DNA of 43,498 nucleotides from an uncultured bacterium (GTDB lineage Bacteria > JAGOEH01). The stretch spans positions 1-43,498 of the forward strand of contig CAZWDO010000026.1 of NCBI GenBank assembly GCA_964632485.1. The letters are read 5' to 3'. The position numbers and the translations under genes were made by a program. The notes below the pieces were generated by a model, which saw only the letters and a list, made by a program, of their open reading frames with translations, ran no database searches and had not been told where the DNA came from. Shown one piece after another: positions 39,201-43,498 of the stretch (position 1 is the first letter of the stretch; each line of letters begins with the position of its first letter).

Positions 39201-39632
39201 CCATTTGCCGTTGATGCGGTTGAATGGAATTGCCAGCAGGGTTATTCCGTCTTTTTGCAGGACCAGTTGGTCGCTTTCCACGGCGATCGAGTAGCGTTTG
39301 TCGGAAATCAGGAATGCATAAGTGTTGCGGAACAGAATCAGCAGATTGCCGGCGGAAATGTCGAATCGCAAGGAGACAGAATAGTTATGCCATACGTCCG
39401 TGCCGGGAGTGGCCGTGATTTCGTTGCCCTGGCCGCGCAGGATATAAGATTCATCGGCAACGACGCTCCAGCCATTGTCCAGTCCCCAATCTCCCACGTA
39501 ACCCGCTTCGAAATCCTCCTGATAGAGTACCGGCCATTCCGCTTGCGCCCAAAGCGGCGCTGCCGCGGTCAGCGTCGCCAGAATGATGAGGACGGGAATG
39601 CGGCCCCAATTGGCGAAATGTGATGGTTTCAT
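36243..39632 (-). CDS. Large secreted Asp-box/BNR (VPS10/Ycf48-like) beta-propeller protein with an N-terminal ConA/DUF1080-like domain and a T9SS/FlgD-Ig-like C-terminal domain
   Basis: Signal peptide, many SxDGGxTW repeats, N-domain 'EDFE..W...NY...G.F...DDIVV', tail 'PNPFNAETMIEY...WNG.N..G...ASGIYF...LILMK'. Confidence 0.88.
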   Translation of the reverse strand: MKPSHFANWGRIPVLIILATLTAAAPLWAQAEWPVLYQEDFEAGYVGDWGLDNGWSVVADESYILRGQGNEITATPGTDVWHNYSVSLRFDISAGNLLILFRNTYAFLISDKRYSIAVESDQLVLQKDGITLLAIPFNRINGKWYQAKIVCLDNRFTFYIDDVQMFEYGESGDAYDYGRFAFRLGGDDARADIDDIVVTGEKHLPAASWQKTGGPNGGLGYDIRIYPPDKNIILVTDDPSGINKSFDGGQSWTQKNSGISGRNGSTLDNIPIFSLTIDPNNPNTLWAGMNLFKGLYKSSDLGETWQLKVNGITEGNEISIRGIGVHPSNPDTVFIGCEINCDRGGLTASGGKIYRSTDGGENWTCVWEGNSLARFVIFDYLNPRILYASTGIFDRNPLPPDTLGVGILKSTDGGDTWTRINNGLHNLFIGYLEMHPANPNILYAAAGGVNVWADEIVHFTDNYLGGIYRTTNGGESWEEVLGSGMFNLVTVAPSNPDVVYAGHAGKIFRSDDGGDTWNAYWSETAADSATIWGPPGIRAGVPIGAAIDPDDPLRIFINNYQGGNFLSADGSQTWTDASRGYTGALTYDLAIDPQNPATVFWVGRSGPFKSVNGGNDWTGLAFAPAISAEWHSLRMHPTDNRQWLLTDQMSKIFITRDAGASWTTLLDIPGIGFNAIDYAPSDPNIIYVALIQEDDSGNFGVYKSCDGGTTWSQSNGGITAPFMKIIDLAIHPADPNRVYLGTETDGVYLTTDGGISWTHKSQGLTSANVRVLKMDPTNPNTLYAGLSDGQGVFRSEDAAESWQPINAGITLYCPSYLNAIGKPQGISTEPPPRALRHSAKFHSPKWFNGSSEYYSIPWTFISSIAIDPTNPRTIYVADYYNGVYYSTNGGDNWNLLNEGLGNRAVEDLEISADGKAIYAGTWGQGVFRLVWTNAAPTVIRATPGAGDTCTVIRGDSLRFSVDAFDLNGDVLHYVWRLDGVQTPDSTGGWYLFRGEGTEIGSHTLACSISDGADSVSVIWHIRVIDAVGIENGDELSHGEFTIISVQPNPFNAETMIEYFLPEPAMVAVSVFDITGRLISEGQRQAQPSGIRRISWNGRNSAGTKAASGIYFLRIDAGEKSLSARLILMK

Positions 39633-39791
39633 GTTGTCTCCCTGGTTAATGGATTATCGGGCCATCCGAATATTTGATTGTAAATGCCGGTCGGGGTTGG
39701 CTGTCAGGGTACGGACGGGTGTTTGGAAAATAAGAAAATCGGGTCAAGGCTTGTTATAGCGCAATGAGGAGATTCCGGCTATTCTATTTTC

Positions 39792-39820
39792 ATTGTACGG
39801 CATATCAGGGAAATTGTCAA
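39792..39820 (-). promoter_or_regulatory. sigma70-type promoter for the beta-propeller gene
   Basis: Minus strand TTGACA-N17-TACAAT, about 160 nt upstream of the ATG. Confidence 0.7.
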
Positions 39821-40001
39821 GAATTTTTTGAAAATGGATTTTGCATAAAACTTGTTTGTCTGATCGATATGGCAGCCAAACGACATCATGAGACAAGGAG
39901 AACCCATATCCATGGATAAAAAGTCCCAATGTCTTGAGAATCGTCGCTTTGTTGCTAATTTGGCATTGAATTTGGAATATGTAAATTCAGCCATCCGGAA
40001 T

Positions 40002-40038
40002 ACAAAAAAGCCGGGCAGCGTGTGCTTACCCGGCTTTT
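40002..40038 (-). terminator. Rho-independent terminator
   Basis: AAAAGCCGGG...CCCGGCTTTT stem with a longer T-tract on the minus strand, downstream of the 40085 stop. Confidence 0.8.
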
Positions 40039-40084
40039 AACCTGCGTCGCGAGGAATGAAACGAAAACGTACTGCGGCCCGACC

Positions 40085-40846
40085 TCAATCTATCGGACAG
40101 GGTTTGGAACATGAGCATCGCTTTTTCAGCGTTCGCTGAGCTGCGGATACTAAATCGTCAGGCGATACATCGGCTTCGAACATTCCGGTTAACTGCCCCT
40201 TGGCATTGACAACGCATATCAGTGGGAAGCTGCCACTCTGCGGTATTTTATAACGGGCAAAAAGACGATTTTCGTGTGAATCGGACGCATCCACGGCGAT
40301 TATCGCCCCCGAAGGATTCAGTTCGCGACTTGCGGATTCACAGACGGCGGCCATCTGTTTCAGTGTGGGATTCTCCTTGCGATAGATCAGCATAAAGACA
40401 GGCTTGCCTGCTAGCAGAGCCAGCGAGATATCCTCCTCGCGGGGAGAGGGAGCGATCTCGAGCAGTTTGTCTACAGTCAATTCCGACGTCAGTCCGCCCC
40501 CCGCCACGTACCCCTGACGAGCAAGAACCAGAATCACCGGGGCGTTAATTGTATGGAGCTTGAATTGCCGAACCCAATTGGCTGTCGTGGAATCGGTCCG
40601 ATCCAAAACAAGCGCCCGGGCATCGGGAAGCGCGCGGGCGGCCTGGCGCGCCAGACTCACGGCGCGGGCATTCAGGGAATCGCTCCCCATTATCGCCGCT
40701 AAAAAAAGAATTTGTCCCTTCTCTTTCGCCTGGCCGATTTCTGCGCTTAGGTCGAGTTCGGGAATTGTTCCAGCACATCGCAGGAACAAAACGAAGATGA
40801 ATGCCGCCAGCAATTGCGCAACCATTTTTTTGTCGAGATATTTCAT
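40085..40846 (-). CDS. Exported or lipoprotein hypothetical with two thioredoxin-like repeats and a Cys-rich tail
   Basis: AAGGAG RBS, hydrophobic leader followed by Cys, two beta-alpha repeats with 'AP.ILV' and 'FP.ICV..AKG', C-terminal CSCSKPC. Confidence 0.6.
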   Translation of the reverse strand: MKYLDKKMVAQLLAAFIFVLFLRCAGTIPELDLSAEIGQAKEKGQILFLAAIMGSDSLNARAVSLARQAARALPDARALVLDRTDSTTANWVRQFKLHTINAPVILVLARQGYVAGGGLTSELTVDKLLEIAPSPREEDISLALLAGKPVFMLIYRKENPTLKQMAAVCESASRELNPSGAIIAVDASDSHENRLFARYKIPQSGSFPLICVVNAKGQLTGMFEADVSPDDLVSAAQRTLKKRCSCSKPCPID

Positions 40847-40989
40847 CAAAAGCTCCTTTTTCCTACTATTTTGTGTGATGTTTGACAATGATTGCAGGAA
40901 CGATTGATTGATACGCAACAAACCAATCGCGGCGAAACGCCATCGCGACAGGATCGGCTTCTTTTCTATCTTTCCCGGCGCGGATCAAT

Positions 40990-41031
40990 GGGGTCAGGGC
41001 TTGAAAATTGCGATTTGCGAGACGCGACCCC
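40990..41031. repeat. REP-like palindromic element, copy 2
   Basis: GGGGTCAGGGCTTGAAAATTGCGATTTGCGAGACGCGACCCC, with GGGGTC/GACCCC arms. Overlaps an 11-bp tandem duplication (CGACCCCTTTA x2, 41025-41046). Confidence 0.75.
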
Positions 41032-41043
41032 TTTACGACCCCT

Positions 41044-42597
41044 TTATGGGTTGAGCGGTTTCAAGATCAGGTCCTGAAAATCGAAACTGAAATCGATATC
41101 GTCGGAAACGGGCGCCATTTTGGCTTCCGTGATCCTTCCCCGGGCATCGAGGTAAAAGGTGATGAAAGCATCCGCCCTCAATTCAGGGTCATGCCAGCGC
41201 ACTATAAAGGTATCGTATTGCCAGTGAGTAAGATCACCCACAAGCGCGGGCGTGGGGAGGAATTTTATTTGAAGCTTGCCGCTGTCCTGGTCGATGGCGA
41301 TATCGCCGTACCAGCGGTCGCGATATGTGCCGCAATAGCTTTCAAGGGAAAGGGACGGATGGCTGAGCGAGTCGCGGGCGGCGGATTGGACGGCTGTTTT
41401 TTGGTGGCTTGTCGAATCGTTGCGCGCCTTGACGCTTCGGTATGCGCCAAGCCAGTCATGTCGCGGGGCTGCGAGGTAATAATCCAGCAGGGTATGGATA
41501 ATCGCGTTATAGGCATCGGAACTTTCCTGATTGGTCAGGACCGCTATCCCGAGTTTAATGCGGGGGATCATGGCCACACGGGAGAGGAATCCTGGCAATC
41601 CGCCAGTGTGATGCACCATCTTTTCACCGCGGTAATCGCAAACGCGGAAGCCCAGGGCGTATCCGCTGAAATTGCAGCGGGCGGGAATCAATTCGGGCTC
41701 GCCTGCCAGCGGAGCAATTGGCGTTACGATATTCCACAACTGTTCCGCCGTTGCCGGCGAAAACAATCGTCGCGACTCGTCGATGCGGCCTGAATCGAGC
41801 TGCACGCGCAACCATTTCGCCATATCCAGCGCGCATGAATTGATTCCTCCGGCGGGATTGGTGTTATCGCTGCCGAAAGCGTTGATTTTCTTCAGCGTAT
41901 CGTTGATGAGACCGTGGGGCGCGGCGCTGTTGTCGCCCGTTCCGGCGTGAGAATGATAGACGTTGCTGAATTTCATGTCCAGGGGAGCCAGAATCCGTTC
42001 CCGAACGAATTGCTCCCACGAAAGGCCCGATACTGCTGCGATCAATTCTCCGGCCACGGTGTAGAGAACATTGTCATAGGCGTAGGCGCTGCGAAAACTC
42101 GCGCTCAGCGGCACATAACGTAAACGGCGGGTGATTTCCGGGCGGTCATAGCGAGTGGGCGGCCACCAGAGCAGCTCCCCGGCGCCCAGGCCCAATCCGC
42201 TGCGATGCGTCAGCAAATCGCGGATGGCCAATTCCGAAGTGACATAGGGATCGGCCAGGCGAAATTCCGGCAGATAATCAATCACGCGGTCATCCCAGGC
42301 GATTTTCCCCTCCTCGGCCAGCAGTCCCAAGGCCTCGGCCGTGAATGCCTTGGTGTTCGAGGCGATGGCGAACCGCGTGCGCTCGTCCACGGCCTGGTTC
42401 CGGCCGATCTCGCGTATGCCGAAGCCCTTGACTAAAATCGCTTCGCCATCCTTGACAATGGCGATGGCCAGTCCCGGAACCTGAAATTCGCTGCGTACGG
42501 AATCGACCCATGCATCGAAATGCGGGGGAACCTCCGCGTTTATCGTGGAAGCCAATCCCCAGCAAACCGCCAATAGTGCGAACATCCTTGGAATCAT
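41044..42597 (-). CDS. Serine hydrolase (class C beta-lactamase / peptidase S12 family) with a DUF3471 C-terminal domain
   Basis: Signal peptide, 'FAIASNTK' (SxxK), 'LLTHRSG', 'YAYDN' (YxN), 'HTGG'; tail 'Y.GTY....YG'. Start set at MIPRM after AAAGGA. Confidence 0.93.
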   Translation of the reverse strand: MIPRMFALLAVCWGLASTINAEVPPHFDAWVDSVRSEFQVPGLAIAIVKDGEAILVKGFGIREIGRNQAVDERTRFAIASNTKAFTAEALGLLAEEGKIAWDDRVIDYLPEFRLADPYVTSELAIRDLLTHRSGLGLGAGELLWWPPTRYDRPEITRRLRYVPLSASFRSAYAYDNVLYTVAGELIAAVSGLSWEQFVRERILAPLDMKFSNVYHSHAGTGDNSAAPHGLINDTLKKINAFGSDNTNPAGGINSCALDMAKWLRVQLDSGRIDESRRLFSPATAEQLWNIVTPIAPLAGEPELIPARCNFSGYALGFRVCDYRGEKMVHHTGGLPGFLSRVAMIPRIKLGIAVLTNQESSDAYNAIIHTLLDYYLAAPRHDWLGAYRSVKARNDSTSHQKTAVQSAARDSLSHPSLSLESYCGTYRDRWYGDIAIDQDSGKLQIKFLPTPALVGDLTHWQYDTFIVRWHDPELRADAFITFYLDARGRITEAKMAPVSDDIDFSFDFQDLILKPLNP

Positions 42598-42793
42598 GTG
42601 TTTATGTCCTTTCTTTTCAGGAGATGAATCTATCCGGGAATTCCGGTGTTTCGGGTTTGCGGTTTTATTCCGTCCGCGGACGGGAGTGATTCGGCTCATT
42701 ATCCGGCCTTTGCGAAGGGACGGAGCTCCATAGATGGTCATGCGCGCCATCTCGGTCGCAGATGGTTGGCGCTCGTTTAGGCCGCCTACTCAT

Positions 42794-42821
42794 AATATAT
42801 GGAGGATTGTCGAAAAAGCAA
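42794..42821 (-). promoter_or_regulatory. Putative promoter for the serine hydrolase
   Basis: Minus strand TTGCTT-N16-TATATT, about 195 nt upstream of the ATG. Confidence 0.4.
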
Positions 42822-43295
42822 GGAATTAGTGGAAATTATTATCAGGGAATGCAGGGGGGAAGTATATTTGCATTATGGAATTTGGCGAGGGGCTGGGCGG
42901 GAAACTCAGGCGGGAGAGTCTCGTTGCGGAAGCGAGAGCGGGCGCGGCACTTTTGTTGAGCGCTTTCCGTCCTCGTCGGTCCAATTTGTGTAGAAAAAAT
43001 GAGGTGAAATAAATCATCACAATCAGATAATGGCGATGATTTTATCAAGCTTTGTCAGCGACCGCCAGCATGGGCTATATGGGTGGGTATAGTGGATGTC
43101 GGGGATTTTTGAAAATAGTTGCGCTCTCACAATTATCCCGGACTTAGTCAATGATCGATAATTAGTTGGCGGAATTTTACGGGAAAACGCATCCGTCGAT
43201 TCTGGCCATTGATTTTTGGACGGTCGCCTGTGTAAAAATAGAGCCCCTAAAAATCTGAGGAATCGCGTAGAGGGTCGATGAACCAAATATTTTGC

Positions 43296-43323
43296 TTGCA
43301 TTTTCTCTCGGGTTGCGTATATT
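43296..43323 (+). promoter_or_regulatory. Putative promoter (leaderless geometry)
   Basis: TTGCAT-N16-TATATT. The -10 ends 6 nt before ATG 43330. Confidence 0.5.
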
Positions 43324-43329
43324 ACTGAT

Positions 43330-43498
43330 ATGAAGAAACTCGGCATTGGCATCCAATCCTTGACGGAACTAATCAACGGCGGCTATATCTATGTGGACAA
43401 AACCCAACTTGTCCATCAGCTCATCACTTCCGGCAAATACTATTTCCTGTCCCGACCGCGGCGCTTCGGCAAATCCCTGCTGGTTTCCACCCTCAAGG
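43330..43498 (+). CDS. AAA-ATPase-like protein (family usually fused to a PD-(D/E)XK nuclease), 5' part only, cut by the window edge
   Basis: Own translation: MKKLGIGIQSLTELINGGYIYVDKTQLVHQLITSGKYYFLSRPRRFGKSLLVSTLK, with the diagnostic YVDKT and RPRRFGKS motifs. Not in the ORF track. Confidence 0.92.
   Translation, partial: MKKLGIGIQSLTELINGGYIYVDKTQLVHQLITSGKYYFLSRPRRFGKSLLVSTLK

Noticed and set aside
41008-41793. 261-aa plus-strand ORF (and similar ORFs at 36627, 38124, 39024)
   Set aside because: Antisense shadows of well-supported minus-strand genes.
41044-42597. Calling the serine hydrolase an AmpC antibiotic-resistance gene
   Set aside because: It has HTG rather than KTG and a DUF3471 tail, typical of the broad S12 peptidase/esterase group. 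Activity cannot be inferred.
42735-42780. glmS ribozyme-like AGCGCC followed by a hairpin on the minus strand
   Set aside because: The required GACGAGG core does not follow, and the downstream gene is not glmS.
43023-43376. 117-aa minus-strand ORF
   Set aside because: Overlaps the clearly recognisable plus-strand AAA-ATPase-like start, with no motifs or RBS.

Overview
Bacterial chromosomal window, probably from a diderm FCB-superphylum lineage outside classical Bacteroidia. This is an inference from the T9SS/FlgD-Ig-like C-terminal domains, a TonB-dependent receptor, the bat operon, and frequent Shine-Dalgarno sites with sigma70-like promoters. Left to right: (1) a MacAB/YknXYZ-like MFP-ATPase-permease-permease operon with a perfect sigmaW-type ECF promoter; (2) three exported proteins: a glutaredoxin-CAP fusion, a probable beta-barrel and a phosphodiester glycosidase; (3) an agmatine deiminase cluster (ptcA-aguD-aguA) with no carbamate kinase; (4) an extended MoxR-DUF58-batABCDE operon ending in nagB; (5) a TonB-dependent receptor and a membrane-embedded AraC regulator; (6) a second MoxR system (DUF58-like, transglutaminase, MoxR, TPR protein); (7) a GC-richer accessory block of secreted proteins punctuated by REP-like palindromes; (8) the start of an AAA-ATPase-like gene. 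The most unusual signal is a perfect 37-bp direct repeat flanking a foreign 35-bp insert inside batC, the geometry expected of an ectopic Cas1-Cas2 spacer integration. Also notable are the bat operon carrying a TPR/parvulin-less foldase and a membrane-anchored DUF58, and three apparently leaderless genes. No rRNA, tRNA, intact transposase, cas gene or true CRISPR array was recognised. All calls come from reading the sequence; no searches were run.
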